A model generated the notes under the pieces. The model had not been told where the DNA came from. It made no database searches and worked only from the letters and a program-made list of their open reading frames with translations. DNA of 64,000 bases from Eledone cirrhosa (taxonomy: Eukaryota): contig OZ024743.1 in assembly GCA_964016885.1 (NCBI GenBank), positions 4,092,001 to 4,156,000 on the forward strand, in the 5' to 3' direction. The position numbers and the translations under genes are program-made. Each line of letters begins with the position of its first letter. Within the stretch, counting starts at the first letter, position 1. Of this stretch, positions 11,188 to 26,395 are shown piece by piece.

Positions 11188-12563
11188 CCATATCATTGAT
11201 ATCTAAGCTAGTTCATGCTTTCTCCCATGTCAAGCTTTGTTATATGTTAGGGTATCTGAACTCAAAGCGCAAAAAGCTAGAACTAATACCGGAATTCATT
11301 TTGTCCGACGCTTTAACGATTCTACTTATGTACAACTCTTTATCACCGCCCTAAATTTCATTGGAGGGTATGGAAAATTGATTAGATTAATGAGTACTAT
11401 ATATCTATTGACTCTATTGATCCCTGGAGGATGAATATTCAAATTTATCTTCGGTAGGATTTGAACTCAGAAAGATAATTATATCAATAGCACTAATACG
11501 TAAATAAACGACAATAAAATTATTTCTTCTACTCACTCCCACACGACAGCCACTCCTAAACTCCTAAAGATACCGAAAGTTAATAATTAATTTCTGCTTT
11601 TTCTTTGCCTAAATTCGGATTCATAATTGCATCTCATTACAGCTAATTGACTTCGATAACGCACCTATACGACGTTGGATCAGTAATCCATCTAATATTT
11701 TGCATGCGCAGAACCTTGGTTAAATAATCTTATATATCAGTACATGCTTATTTGCTGTTGCTTCTGTTGCTATTTTCGCTATCATAAGTGTTCTTTGTTA
11801 TCGATCTTAGAGTTCAATTAATTTCAGACTCGAAGATTTCTTGAGAATATAACAGGCTCATGTTCAGATCAAAGTAATAATAATTATTTCCGAAATGAGA
11901 ATGTATGAAGCCAGCCTTTCTTGACTGCGCCGAAGCGTGTAAACCTGGTGACTATATTTCTTCACTGTATTACCGTTCTGCTTGCTTAAACTATATATTA
12001 TACTTCAATTGGCATTTTATTCACACATTATTTCCACTCTGTCTAATGAAGATGGATGTAGATTCTCTTGTATTTATACGACACTCGTAGTTCTATCTGA
12101 AAATATAGTTATCTTAATCCGCAAGATCCTGTTCAGAACATGCATCAGTACAGTTAGAGTGTTCGAAATACTTCGATGATCATGAGACATTTCTCATTAC
12201 TCACCATTACAAATAGTAATCCTATATCATTCTACATAGACATGGCTGAAAATGAAAACAAGCATGAACTACCCAGGCTTTTGTTGTGTATTTACCTAAC
12301 CTATATAGAGCGCCAGTAAATCACACGAACTGTAACTTGGGAAACACGACGTAGGTGTATGAGTTTGGTAATCTAATATATATATATATAATATGTATAT
12401 ATTGGCTTCGTTTATTATAAATTATAGATATACTGCTATATATATTTCGGTGACAGCCATTATTATTTTACATTACTCCGGAGTAAACAAACCAACCTGC
12501 GTACGACGTCGAGTGCTCCAATCTGCATACTAGGTGTCGGTAAACAACCAACATATACTCAAA

Positions 12564-12616
<53 letters not shown>

Positions 12617-12949
12617 CAGATACACACACTGTAGTTAAAGTCGAGTGACACAATTTCGAGTGATTAGCGGCCTTAAGACTCATTTGATCAATGAAACAAT
12701 TGTTAATACAGTAAATGAAACACTTTTTGTACAGCCGACCATGTTATTCTTCAATCTTTTACTATATACATACGTATATATAAATATAAATAAATAATAA
12801 AAAAAAAATATATATATATATAATCTGAGTTTTTCGAATATTAATAATATCATTCGATTCGTTTGCAATTATGTAAACAAGCCTCAATTTTATAGCCATG
12901 TCAGTAGAATGAACCTTCCATTCTTGCTCTTGTGTTTGCATGTGAAATG

Positions 12950-12997
12950 AACTACAGGCACTAATGTTTCTGGGTATCACCCTTCATCAGTACAACT
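12950..12997 (-). ncRNA. Type I HHR, family A, cleavage triplet mutated (GCC)
   Basis: Reverse complement: agttgta CTGATGA agggtgataccca GAAA cattagtg CC tgtagtt. Confidence 0.65.
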
Positions 12998-13491
12998 CAC
13001 TGCTCACCTGCCAATTGTCAGAGCTAGTGAAAATATATGCTATTTTCAAAAATACACAGTGACTGATCGGCCTAATTTGCATATTAGCAGACTGGTTGAT
13101 CAGTCAGATCTGCATATTAGCAGATCCACTGATCAGCCAGATTTGTATATCAACAGACTGGCCAGTCAGTTTTCTGTATACGAGCGATAAATGGCCGGTT
13201 TTGCCAAATTCAAATAATACATTTTCGCTTTACATGGCTGAATACAATAAATGTAATCTGAGTTTTCCGAATATTAATAATAACATTCGATTCGTTTGCA
13301 ATTATGCAAACAAGCCTCAATTTTATAGCCATGTCAGTAGAATTAACCCTTCATTCTTGCTCTTGTGTGGATCTACTGATATACAGATCTGGTTGATCAG
13401 CCAGTCTGCTAATATACAAATTAGGCCGATCAGTCACTGTGTATTTTTGAAAATAGCATATATTTTCACTAGCTCTGACAGGTGAACAGTG

Positions 13492-13539
13492 AGCTGTACT
13501 GATGAAGGGTGATACCCAGAAACATTAGTGTCTGCAGTT
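13492..13539 (+). ncRNA. Type I HHR, family A
   Basis: agctgta CTGATGA a-gggt-gat-accc-a GAAA cattagtg TC tgcagtt; 7-bp stem I including G-U pairs. Confidence 0.85.
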
Positions 13540-14250
13540 CAGTTCACATACCAATACAAGAGCAAGAATGAAGGGTTCATTCTACTGACATGGCTATAAA
13601 ATTGAGGCATGTTTGCATAATTGCAAACGAATCGGATGTTATTATTAATATTCGAAAAACTCACATTACATTTATTGTATTCTGCCATGTAGAGCGAAAA
13701 TGTTCTTTATATATATATATACTTGACTGTCTACCTACGCGGAGTTTCTAAATGGAGCACTAAAGAAGGTGAAAAAAGAGCGTGAGATACTAGCTGCTTC
13801 AATCTAATACATGGATGAGGAAATGTTTTGTACACTATATTGAAACGGGAAGACAAGTACACCAGGAGGAAAACATAGAAGAGTTTACGAAAGAATGGAA
13901 GGTGCTGAGGAGTAGATGGGTTGAGGCAAATAAATTAGTTCTGTCAACTGACGTAGATTCAGAGAAGAAAGGAATAGAAACATTTCTGTTCGAGAAGAGC
14001 AGAGACTTTCACCTGACATGCAGCAAAAATGTGAAATGCGCATTTTTATAGTGATAATTTTCGAGACGTCCTTATTTCACCAGTGTAGGGGATACCACAT
14101 CCGAAAATACCCGGAGCAAATCCTATCAATGCGAACTTTGAATAAACGAAATCCAGTATTTCCTTTTTAAAAAGCACGATCAAAGAGTGTGCCATGTCTG
14201 GATGGTGCGCCATACAAATTTTACAAGAATTGTCCCACTCTGATCAACAG

Positions 14251-16177
14251 ACATTCTAGTTCTTAGCAGAGAGTGAAGGTTATTGTCGATGGTTGACCTA
14301 GAGTGGAAGGCATCCGCTTTCCAAGGTGCAGAATTCAACACTTTTAACTTAGGTCACTTTCTCTACTGAATGTCGATGGGAAAATATTCCTTTAGATTAT
14401 TGCCAGATGATTGATGATATTTCTGTTGGCTATTGGCTACAGAGAGGGTTTGGTGCAGAAATATGGCCTCTCAGATGTATAGGGATGCATGGAACATGCG
14501 AATATAATATGGGATGCCATACAGACAGCAATGAGGAATGTGACTTGGTGTGCCATGATATTTCGCGTCAATTCTACATAAACTGCTCGAGATTGCTATC
14601 AACCTCTTTTACATGCCTCTTCATTAAGCATACTGGTGATGAAATATTACAAGTCCTACATGCGCTTAACGACAAAATGTTCGATCACAGTGTGGCACAT
14701 GTTGGGTGCAAATCATCAGCTTTGTGTTTGGAATAGAAGTCATTATGCGTGGTACAACATTTCACATTGTGAAATGAAGATTCACTTCCCCGAGAAAGCC
14801 TCCATGGACGATGAGCACTGTTGGTAACAAAGAAGACGTCAATGGTAAAAATCCTGCTCTGACTGGATGATCTAATAAGTTGGGCAAGGATGCGTTTCAA
14901 AGAAAGAGATCGAATTGTGTGACCCTTATCAAAAACAGGCGAAAAAAAGATAAGTATGAAGTTGCAAGATTCACCATACCAACGGTAGTAGAGATGCCTG
15001 TGAAGGACCAGGTGAAGTCATATTGTGGTCCCTTCAATGATAGAAGGGAAGGATTTAAAATCCAGAATATGACCGAAGATGACAGTTCAACAATAAAGAC
15101 AACAATAGGTGTCAGGTAAATTCAAGCTCTGGTGCATGCAGCTTGCACGGTACGCCAGACTTCAGTGTCAGCTGATGTTGCATGAAGTCGCACTAACTCG
15201 CGTCTCTGACCAATGAGTAGAAACGATTTCCTCGGACCGTTTCAGGTGTAGTTCTGTACAAGAATGGTTGCCCTACCATATTAGTAGTATGACTGTGGTA
15301 AGTTGCGTACCGTACTAACTCTGTGCCATTCAAACGATCATATCAACTGTTACTCCCCACAGGGCCTCATGACTTAAAGAAGATGGATGGCACCAGAGGT
15401 GACGGAGTATTTTGCCACCGATCAAGGATATGAAGATATAATAGGTCCTGCATATTCCAATAGAAGGGCTTTAAGTGCCTTGAAAATTCTCAATTCAGAC
15501 CATACTACGTCATGAAGCAGAAGTAGAGAAGGTTCGCTAACGTCGATCAGGGAAACAAGGAAGGATTCAATGGGGTCAAGAGGGACAGTGTGTGACTTGG
15601 AAGGAGTTTGTTGTTGAGCGTATGATCGGATGGAGGAAACGCTGGTCATTGGAGCCAGTCAAAACATGTTTTGACATGCTTCCAAGATCCTCAAACATAA
15701 TATGTTGTAAAGTAGAAAAGAGTGGTCTATGCAAATACGAAAAGGTTCGAAGGATGACCTTTGACCGATTTATCTGCTACGATTAATCGCATACCATCAA
15801 GAAACTCTGAGTATCAACGAAACGTATACTTATTTGCGATGTATTTTAAGCAATATATGTATTAACATTTTGAATCAACTCTCTATTATCATGGGCTTTC
15901 AGGACGAAAGCTCATGTAGATTATTGTAGTATCTGCAACCTCTCCCGGAATCAGATTTGAGAGTTGCCGCCAAAAACACCCATGGAAGTGACAATATGAG
16001 CCATGCAACGCTATACAAAGTAACATTCTAGTTCTTAGCAGAGAGTGAAGGTTATTGTCGATGGTTGACATAGAGTGGAAGGCATCCGCTTTCCCAAGGT
16101 GCAGAATTCAACACTTTTAACTTAGGTCACTTTCTCTACTGAATGTCGATGGGAAAATATTCCTTTAGATTATTGCA
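14251..16177 (-). mobile_element. Highly decayed Ty3/Gypsy-like integrase relic between about 155-bp direct repeats
   Basis: Direct repeats at about 14251-14403 and 16022-16177; degenerate LHELS..G and IRSYAQQQTPSKSHTVPLDPIESFLV resemble the integrase Zn-finger region. Confidence 0.4.
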
Positions 16178-16335
16178 CAAGGCCAGCAATTACCCAGTGC
16201 ATTACTGGTACTTTATTTTATCGACCCCGTAAGGATGAAAGGCAAAGTCAACCTCGGCGGGATTTGAACTCAGAGCGTAAAGGGACGTAACTATGCTGGA
16301 AAGCATGGCGTCCGATACTGCCAATCCACGGCCAT
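16176..16335 (-). mobile_element. tRNA-derived SINE (family 1)
   Basis: Reverse complement has B-box-like gagttcaaatcc followed by the family core. Confidence 0.8.
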
Positions 16336-19300
16336 TTACAAAACGCTATACAAAATAACAACGTGAGATTACCACTAAGTAATAAAGTACAAAACAAAGA
16401 AAGAGATTTCAGGAAAATTACATCATAACCCCCTCGTTTCTGTAGTGGTATCGATAAATATTATACCATGGGCTTAGATTTAATTTACAGAGATCTAGCT
16501 TCCATTTCCATTTCTAGAAGAACAAATGAGTTGTGATATGGATGGAGTATTTCCGAGTTGAGTAAATTAGAGAAATCTAATCAACTATGAACCCCTTTCG
16601 TCTACTCCACAACAGGCTATTATTACACATTTTGTAAATACGTCAAACCAATAGCTAGGTCATTATATCACTTCCAAAATATTCTATATTCATATATCTC
16701 CAACTGGCCTTTTATTTCTCCCAACCAGCTCATCGCCACTATACTTGATTTAATTACCCATCGATCGATTATTCCCGCTGCATATTTCTCTAAATCCATT
16801 AAATTAAATTAGTTTTTCTGTAATTGTTTTTAATATACTTTTCTTTTATCTATCTGTTAATAGATGGTATTTCTCAAAATTACCACTTTGACTGTTGATA
16901 CAAATGACATTTTAAAACTCCTTTTTTTTTTTATATTCTCCATATCAGGAAATCTAAATGTTTAAGCATACTGTACGGAAATGTAATCCTACATTTTTTT
17001 TCTTGAGAAGTTGTGGGAAATTCATCCGAGCTGTATGATTACTTCTATTCATTGATATCATAAACCCCATGTTGAGATTAAAATCTCACTATAACATGTC
17101 TCAAGTATTGCTAAATCTATTAAATTTCTCTCTTCCTTTTATAAATACAATAAATTGAATTCCTTGTTGTTCCACTTAGGCACACCAAGTGTTAGGTAAA
17201 CACTGATAACAGCAACTGTATCAGCTGTTTCTATTTCTGCACAGCTGTTGTTAACATGTAATCAGCGATTTAGTTTCTTGATGTACTTCACATTAATAGC
17301 TTGAAATAAGCATGTGTATCGACATATTTTGTTGCCAAGCTTACAGAATATATTCCATTATACATATTGGAAAGCGTAACATCTATTTCGCATACGCTTG
17401 AAAAAGTTCCCTCTAATAAAGAATTGCTATATTCAACGACTACGCTATAATACCTCTATAAACACGTATAAATCCTTACTATTTTTTCCCCCACAAATAA
17501 AATACCATCTTCTCTCAACATCCCACAAATCTCACTTATCAATATTGATTTCCTTTCAAATTTCTTTTTGTATATATTTGTACTGATTTTATAGAAGGAA
17601 GGGTCTACAGATACAGTGCAATGCTTAGTGGTATTGTATTATTGACTAGTATTAAGGTAGTTTAAAGTGTTGACCTCAAATGATATTATAGGCCTGGAAG
17701 TAGCAATGTGATACTGATCCGAATCATCTTTGAGACACACTATGAAGTTATGTATACGCTGCAGCGTTATACCAGACACGTTATAGTTCCACTAAGTGTG
17801 TGATAAAGTACTACTATGAAGGAGATTTCAGAAAAGTTAAAACACAAACGTTGAATAATTTAATTATAATTTGAATAGTTTTGATCTATCAAAATGTATA
17901 ATTCCTATTGTATTTTCTTATTTCAAATCGTGTTCATTCACATTGTTTCTTTCACAAGATACTACAGGCAAAATCTATCCAGATAATCCATAATTGATTT
18001 TGTTTTCAGAAAGACTGTCTTCCTGAAGAATCAAGATTTTCTCTTCTTGGTGATGACCATACAATAAGATCAAACATATACGACAAGATGTTAACGAGGT
18101 GATATTAACAAGCATATATAATGAAGGTTATTTTCCCTGCCAGGATGGTGAAATACACCTTATATGCAATAAAACCACCCAAAGAATCACCAGTAACTAC
18201 CTAATCTACATACTAGAGCTTAGGCATAGGCGTTTGTCAAGTCATCAACATCATAATGATCGTGATTATACTGCCAAATTACTCTAAACTGGTCTCCAAA
18301 TTTCTTAAATCTGAATAATACTCATAGAAATTTATCATCTAAGCACTTCATTACACCAAGTGAATGTAACATATGTTTTCCCTTGGATAGGATGTTACCT
18401 GTTTATAATAACCAAATGAATTGGATCAATTTACAAGAAAATGTCCCCCCCCCCCCGTACATGACTGGATTCGTCATTCTTGGTGTATTAAATTTTTATT
18501 TTTACTAAAGGCAGCAATTTTTGTTTGCTTGTTTGATCTCCCTTAAAAGACCCTTCCTTTGTGGTTTCTCGTTCAATTAAGGACATTTTATTGCATGCAA
18601 ATATTTCTTTCTTGCACCATATATGCACAACCATTTCTTACTTAAGTGTGTGTCCTCTTATTAACCTTTTGGATACCCCAGTATTCTGCACTTTCGTGGA
18701 CGGTTCCCGATTTCCCCTTTATAAGACCTCTCGCAATTATATGGATTTTGTATTCTATTCATTCTAGCGTAGATTAACTACACTGAAGAATGTGCGAAAC
18801 GTGCTGCTAAGCTGCTGTAGATTTCTGATATCATATCTGCAGCAAGTTCTCTGAATGTTTACACAGTCGAATTTAGTTTAACATCTACTTAGCACATGAG
18901 AATGTTTATTTGATCTTATAAGTTGGGATGAGTGTTTGTTATTCGGGTTACTCATTAAACTGAGATTGTGATGCAGATTGTTTAAGATCAGGTGGATGTG
19001 GATAGTCACTTGACGAATTCTTTCTTGCATGGATGTTGAGACTCATAGACTAAATAGAAACCTGTGTCATCTTTAGATATACACCATAAGCATATTTTGA
19101 TTCCGTATCACCCATTTCCACCAGAACATTGAGCAATAATGTTTCATTCATATTTTCTGTTTTATCGTCCATATGGTGTCACTACTTAATAGGCCTCACA
19201 CTAGCCACTAGTTTCAATCTTTTTCCAACCAGAACGTAATTCGTTTGGAATTTTCTAACTAAACAAGTCTCCTCTTACAGTTATTCCCTTAGAACAATCT

Positions 19301-21374
19301 AAGCAGAGCCTGGATGATAACACTCTCATCGGTTATGAAGGACTTGCAATTTCCCGATATTTCGATACACACACGTGTGTGTGTTTGGAGGTGGGGCATG
19401 AGAAAGAGAGAGGGAGATGGGTTATGTAAAGTTTAATAGTGATAAATAGTTTAATATTACTTGTGCATTAATTTATGATGGAGCCTGTCTGAATAACAAT
19501 CAAAAGATTGGCTGTCTTTTGTATTGATTTAAATTCAAATTAATATAAGATTATTGCGTTTAATGTAATTTTCTATAACATACATGCCAATGTTAATATG
19601 CTTAATGTGATTTACAGACAAATGGAAATTTACATTTTCAATTTATTCTACCCTGTTTTCCATTTAATTATTTAGGTTTCTTATAGATTCGAAATTCGAT
19701 AAATCATTTAGTAATCATATATTGTTATTAAACTTTAAATACTAATCACTGTTGTTGAAACAAATGGAGAAAATCCACCAAACCTACTAGAAACATTAGT
19801 CAAATCTCCCTCAAATTACAACCTTACCGGCTTAAATTATAGGAAGATCAATTAGACAATGTTATAGATATAAAATAACAAAAATATAATAATCACAGCG
19901 AGATTGCTTTCGATCGCATGTCAGATCGTTCGTGGCTGAGAGGGGGAAAAACAACTGGAGGGGGATAAATTACTGGAGTGTTGAAACTTTCTTTATAATA
20001 ATTTATGAAATGTAATTCCAATTTATATAGAATAAAGCTTTTGATCGCAAACCACCCGAAAGCATCCCTGTTTCTACGATACATAACTGTTTGCTTTAAT
20101 ATATTTCTGTTTATCTAAAATCTTTGGTATATAATTTTATCTAAGAGCATTTGTTAAATTACGTTCCAATATATATTCCGAATACTACTGCTGTCAATAT
20201 TTCTGCTGCTGATGTCCATGTAATCTCTGTAGTCACAGCTGGTGTTGGTGTGGATTTCCGCTGTTGGAGATGTAATCACTGCATTTGCGGCGTTGGCAAA
20301 TGACTAGCTATTGAGTTAAGGCTTTTAAGTAGTTAACTGCAACACATTAATGACTCCGCTGCTTTCCATCCATCTTTCACTATCACAGACAGAAAGTGTT
20401 TACTGAAAGGTTGATCAAGCAAGGGATTGCTTCTCTGCATTTTTGCCTGGCTTGGATGTGGAGATCCATCGCTGTCTCCACCAAATTCCTCCTCCTCCTT
20501 TTAAATATATTTTTGATATTTCCCCTCCTCTATATTAGCTGAGACTTCAGCTAAAGCTAGGGAATGAGTAGCAACTGTTCGGCTCTCAGTTTTGACAGGC
20601 AGTGGTCGTGATGAGACTAACATTAAATCCCCTCATCCCAGATGTGTTACGGTGTGGGATGTTGCCCCATTGCCGAATTTTACTTCTGACGTGCAGTATT
20701 TATTTTGTCTTCAGCGAATATGGCTTTTGTGTCTCCAAACACAACCTGGACACTTCTGAATTTAGGCTTCCCTTGCACGCCTTATCCGACGTAGTTTTAA
20801 CTCGATGCAGTTATATGTAACCGAGCATCATTCCGTGATTTCTATCACGTCGGATGAGGTACTTAGAAATGTTACTTTTCCATACTTCTTTTAACTCCAT
20901 AAACTCTAAATTAATATTTTCGGGGCTCTCTTCATAACTTTCAAAGAATTGCTCTGTTTTTGTTGTTTTTACTCTTGCTGCTGCTGTTGATGTTATTCTT
21001 GATGTCGACGGGAGTGATGATGTCTGTAGTGACAGTGGTAGTGATGGTGACGTTGATATTATTCACCTTAGGATATTGATTATTGTCCCAGAAATCCTCG
21101 ACATATACAAACTTGCATTTTTTGGGAAGATTATCGCTGTTCTGTTTTATGGATGTTGAGGGGACGCTCGCTTCCTTCTTTTTTTAATTTTATGGGCGTA
21201 ATTCGCAAATAAAAAATCAATAGGCCTTTTTGAACAGAAAATATAGCACCCTATTTACAATATTTATTACACAAATCTAAACAAAAAACGTTTACAAAAC
21301 AGGTTAAACAACAACAGATTTACGAAATCAAATTCATGGCGAATACTTCAGAAACGAAGTAATAGTAATAATGA

Positions 21375-21510
21375 ATCTTGATTTAGGCACAAGGCCAACA
21401 ATTTGTGGGGAGGGGTATGCCAGTTAACTCGAACACAGTGCGTTACTGGTACTTTATTTTATCGACCTCATAAAGATGAGACATAGTTAACCTCGGTGGG
21501 ATTTGAGTTC
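21375..21510 (-). mobile_element. tRNA-derived SINE (family 1), partial
   Basis: gcacaaggcca.caatt...ctggtactttattttatcgacc. Confidence 0.75.
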
Positions 21511-22529
21511 ATTATTGGGCAAATGTGAAGGAATAACATAGCAGAACTTCTGACAAAATACCTTGCAGTTGTTTTAGCTATTTGGGTTCAAAATTCAAAT
21601 CCAGCCGAGGTAATAATTGCCTCATGTATTGCGTCTATTTAATAAAGTATCTGTCAACTTCTTCCATTCTCCACCTACCAACAAATTGCAGGCCTTCCCT
21701 CTAAATTACGAACCATTATTTATATTGTTATCGTTCATTGTTTTGTTGTTGTTTTTCCGGTTGTTATTTGTTTTTGTTGTGATCAAAGATATAATGACAA
21801 TTTTAATCATCAAAATAAACTAATGTTTTCAAATAGAAACCAGGCATCAATGCGTTATTAGCAATGAGAATTAAACCTCTCCATTTGGTGTCAAAACCAT
21901 CATCAATTACCTTGTTATATTATCGTGTTACGAGATCCTGAAAGAATTAAGTTGCAACATGTTGCACTATGTTCTAGGACATTGGCATAATGTCAATTAG
22001 GAAACGTTAATTTCTAATAGGAAGCAGATAAAGTAAAAGGAAAATCAGCACGGAATGTTATCAAGAAATATATATCTATTTATCAATTTTATTAACAATA
22101 CAAAGATGGGAAACAGAATTCCAAAAACCATTGAATTCAAAGGAGATTTAGTTACAAAAATGTTGTCAATAAACGGTAGAAAATATGTAAACTAATCTAT
22201 ATTTGCTTGTCAAGGATGTTAATGCTACAATTGTTTGGCTTCTTGCCAAACATGTAATGACATTGGTGATTAAACGTAAGAGATTGGAAAAAAACATGAA
22301 AATTTAAAATTACCAAAACACAATCACGTTATTGTGCTACGTATGCTAGAAATAACATTTACATATAAATTATAACTTTGAAAACATGGTGAGATAAGTG
22401 ATTTAAGTATTTTGACATAATTACAACGTAGCGTTATTGACAAGATCATAAACATTGATTCATCTGCCTATGATGCAACTTTTTTTCCGTTTCTATAAGC
22501 ACCGACTTGGATAAATGTATTGAAATGTC

Positions 22530-22820
22530 GGTTTCAGTGATAAGTGTTCCAGTTGCTTGATCAATGGAAGGCCTGCTCGTGAACTTGTACTGTTAACGTA
22601 ATTATCAGGGTGATTTAGCGTGATACAGTGAGTGACAAGGTTACCCCATTGAATTACACACATTTTATCCGTCGGGCTTCCAAACCATTTCGTCAACTTA
22701 ATTTCACTTACAAGCCATGACTAAACCCAAGATTTTGGTAAAGGACACGTGCCCAGGTGTGATTAATATCGAGGCTTAATGATTGCGAAAAGAACTCACT
22801 AATACATCGGTCATGCTGCC
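22530..22820 (-). mobile_element. Degenerate SINE (family 2)
   Basis: Similar to 48980-49195; resembles an abundant octopus SINE (from recall, unverified). Confidence 0.5.
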
Positions 22821-23795
22821 TCCAAAATTCTCATTCAAATCACATGAGGAGATTGTTTTTTATATAATATAGTTTGCGGTCCTTTTGTTCTAAAGTCAAA
22901 TCCAATCCATGCTCAATAAATTTTCTCTATAAATTTACATGTAAAATTGTTGGAAGCAGAGGGAATGGTAGTTGAAAGTAAGGAAACACTTAGGGAGGTG
23001 AAAATATATTTGTCACACTACTAATAGTTTGTGCTTACAATCAAATTAAAACCAAATAAACCCTAATCATGAAGTAGAGAAGAACTGTCAATTTAGTGAT
23101 AAACCCATTGAGTCTAACCCATTAAAAATGGTGATGAAAGACTACCAGTAAAATGTGGAGAACTGACACATTTTTGCATTTCTTCGTTCAAACAGAATTT
23201 TAAAAAGAATACTCATTACTAATAAAGTGCCATTGCTAGACAGCTATCAATATTACATTTTCGTCAGTAGAGAAAATGGAAATAATGAAGCATTTTATTC
23301 AAACAAGATACCGTTTATCAAAAAATCCAATCTCTCTCTGTTTCGTATTTCGAAACATATTAAAAACACAGCAGTCAAGAATATATCTAGATAGACATTT
23401 TACGTATGTCTGTTTATCTTCAGTTGATACGCACACACGCACATATCCACATGCGCTCATACGCATACACACACGCGCTTACACACACACATATGCGTAC
23501 ATAAATACATACACACACATACACACACGGGCACACACAGATACACAGACAAATACCACATACAAGTACACACACATACACGAACACACTCATATTTATA
23601 TATATATACATATTTAAACACTTCATACATAAATACATACATATTTATGTGCGTACCAGAGAACAAAATTTAGATATACATAGCTAGAGAGATTTAAATA
23701 TACACAGAAATATATATATATAAATATATATAAATGAAAAGTATAGAAATTATTATGAGCAAGAAGCACACAGTATTTCATAATATAAATATATA

Positions 23796-24147
<352 letters not shown>

Positions 24148-24667
24148 ATACACATATTGTGACGTACACACATACATATAGGCACGTGCAATGTACATTG
24201 CCTATGTAGAAAGCAATCAGCTAAATAATGAGAACATTCTTATATTTATAACTTTCCAACAAAGATAAGTCAACAGACAATAATGTCGGAAAGAGACAAG
24301 GTTCACGATAGTTGAATAGTTAATACTATTTTACCCTTTCTAAGAGCAGCTATCTTATGTTTTATCCTATCGTATTCTAAACTCCTTTGAACAGTGAAAT
24401 TTATATTTCTACTTCGTTTCACATAAATATACAATTTCCACGATATAACTGATGATAAGACAAATTTAATCTGCCCGCATGTGTAAACCCTTGATGAAGA
24501 TAGTACTATATTTAGTAACATCTTGCAAACCATAACTGTGTTTAGTGCAACAATTAGTTTGAACAAAGAGGTAGTTTTAACAGAAATCATGGATCACATA
24601 CTTAAGAATTATTCATACGTAGACTGATACATATATCAGAAGCATTCTCACCCACTTATCTTCCTCT

Positions 24668-24724
<57 letters not shown>

Positions 24725-24759
24725 AGCTAAAGACCGAAACACTTGCTTGAGGAAGGTTT

Positions 24760-24990
24760 CTTCTCTGGAGACCTTCTGTGTGTTTTTGGCCAATATTGGA
24801 CCAGGTCATGTTTAACTTGCGAAGTATTTCAAGTCATGATTTGGAAACCATGGCCTACTCAAGTAGAAAGTTATTATTTTCCAAGGCATATCCCATATTA
24901 TTTTCCAAGGCATATGTAGGAGATTTTTCCGGAATATGTTTGAGGAATTTGTCCAAAGACTGTTTGAATTTTATAGGATCTGTTTCTGTA
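24760..24990 (-). mobile_element. 3' end of a CR1/L2-like LINE ORF2
   Basis: Reverse complement encodes TDPIKFKQSLDKFLKHIPEKSPTY, an FK..LD.FL..IP-type C-terminus. Confidence 0.55.
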
Positions 24991-25360
24991 TTTGTGTGGT
25001 ATAGAAGACCTTGAAGTTTGAAGTGCACGACAATGCCAAATGGACGAAAAAGAAAATGAGACGAAACAAGATGTTATGTGCTACCTTATTTATTTATCTG
25101 TCCTGATATTTTGAGATAAAATCTCTTCAGCGGAAGTCACACGGGACACGTCCGAAATCGGTAAACTTGATATTTTTATTATAGTAAACAAAATAAAAGA
25201 GGGATAGAGCCCTATGTAACCCCCACCCCTCCCACTTCCCGTTCTTCTCACTCAGCTATGCCCACAACTTCCGGCAGCAAGACTTAGCACGTTTACAGAT
25301 TTGTCTCTATAATCTATGATATAGAGATTTTTAAAGATTCCTGGTTAACCATGTCCTGGT

Positions 25361-25475
<115 letters not shown>

Positions 25476-25529
25476 AAAAACAATAACAAAGAGTGCAGTA
25501 TGAACAGTGTTGAGAGTGGGGTATATATG

Positions 25530-25736
<207 letters not shown>

Positions 25737-25932
25737 CGTTTCTGAATTTGTTTAGCAAGATTCTTTATCTGAAAACGTGTGTTGAGACCGATATTGTTAT
25801 ACTTTGGGAGGGTCATGTTGCCAATAAGAAACACACGCACCACTTGCTTTCACTTCAATTTATTATATATTTATAAATTTATAAATTTCTGGTTGGTTGG
25901 TTGGTTCCACAACCAGATAGTTGTTTATATAT

Positions 25933-25977
25933 AGTCATAGTTCTTTCGTCACACACTCTGTGACCTCTTCAGTGACT
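25933..25977 (-). ncRNA. Type I HHR in PLE pseudo-LTR
   Basis: Reverse complement: agtca CTGAAGA g-gtcaca-gagtg-tgtgac GAAA gaac TA tgact. Confidence 0.85.
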
Positions 25978-26395
25978 GGGGATTTCTTTCTTTGTTTCTG
26001 TGCCTCTCCTTTGTTCTGTCCTACGCCATTTTGTTTCTGTGGGTGTGTTGTGTGCTCAGTTTGCGCATGCGCCACATCCGGGTGTCTGTGTGTGTTTGTG
26101 TTCATTTATCTATTTGTTTATTTATTTACATGTTGTTGGTTGGTTGTTTGTTCTATGTGTGTGTGTGTTTTCATTTTGTCCTTAATTGTAAGTTGTGATG
26201 TTGCTGTTCCACCCATATTTTCTATTTAATTTTGGTTGTAATTCTTTTATGTTTATTGCCTCTGTAATTTGCCTAAACATTGCATCTTTTCTGTGTAGAT
26301 TCTATTTTTATTTCTATGTTCTCTAATTTACCCCCGTGTTCTATCTTAGCATGTTGGTAGAGTACAGATGATTCTTTATTATCTTGAAGGTCTCG

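Larger units (their letters stand above)
12822..13705. mobile_element. HHR-bearing non-coding element, family A (about 430-bp unit): minus-strand partial tandem plus inverted copy
   Basis: Unit repeats at 12823 and 13256; orientation flips near 13368; TA runs at both ends; further copy at about 50390-50790. Confidence 0.8.

Noticed and set aside
17738-17787. HHR-like arrangement actat...gaca cg tt atagt
   Set aside because: Both core segments are defective.
18775-18812. CTGAAGA atgtgc GAAA cg
   Set aside because: No stem II pairing or valid cleavage triplet.
20150-21360. Possible decayed Tx1-like ORF1 and 5' UTR on the minus strand
   Set aside because: Resemblance to 3900-5575 is compositional and patchy; cannot be supported without an alignment.
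25101-25134. HHR-like motif on minus strand (CTGAAGA...AAAA ta TC)
   Set aside because: GAAA is mutated and stem I mismatched; at best a relic.
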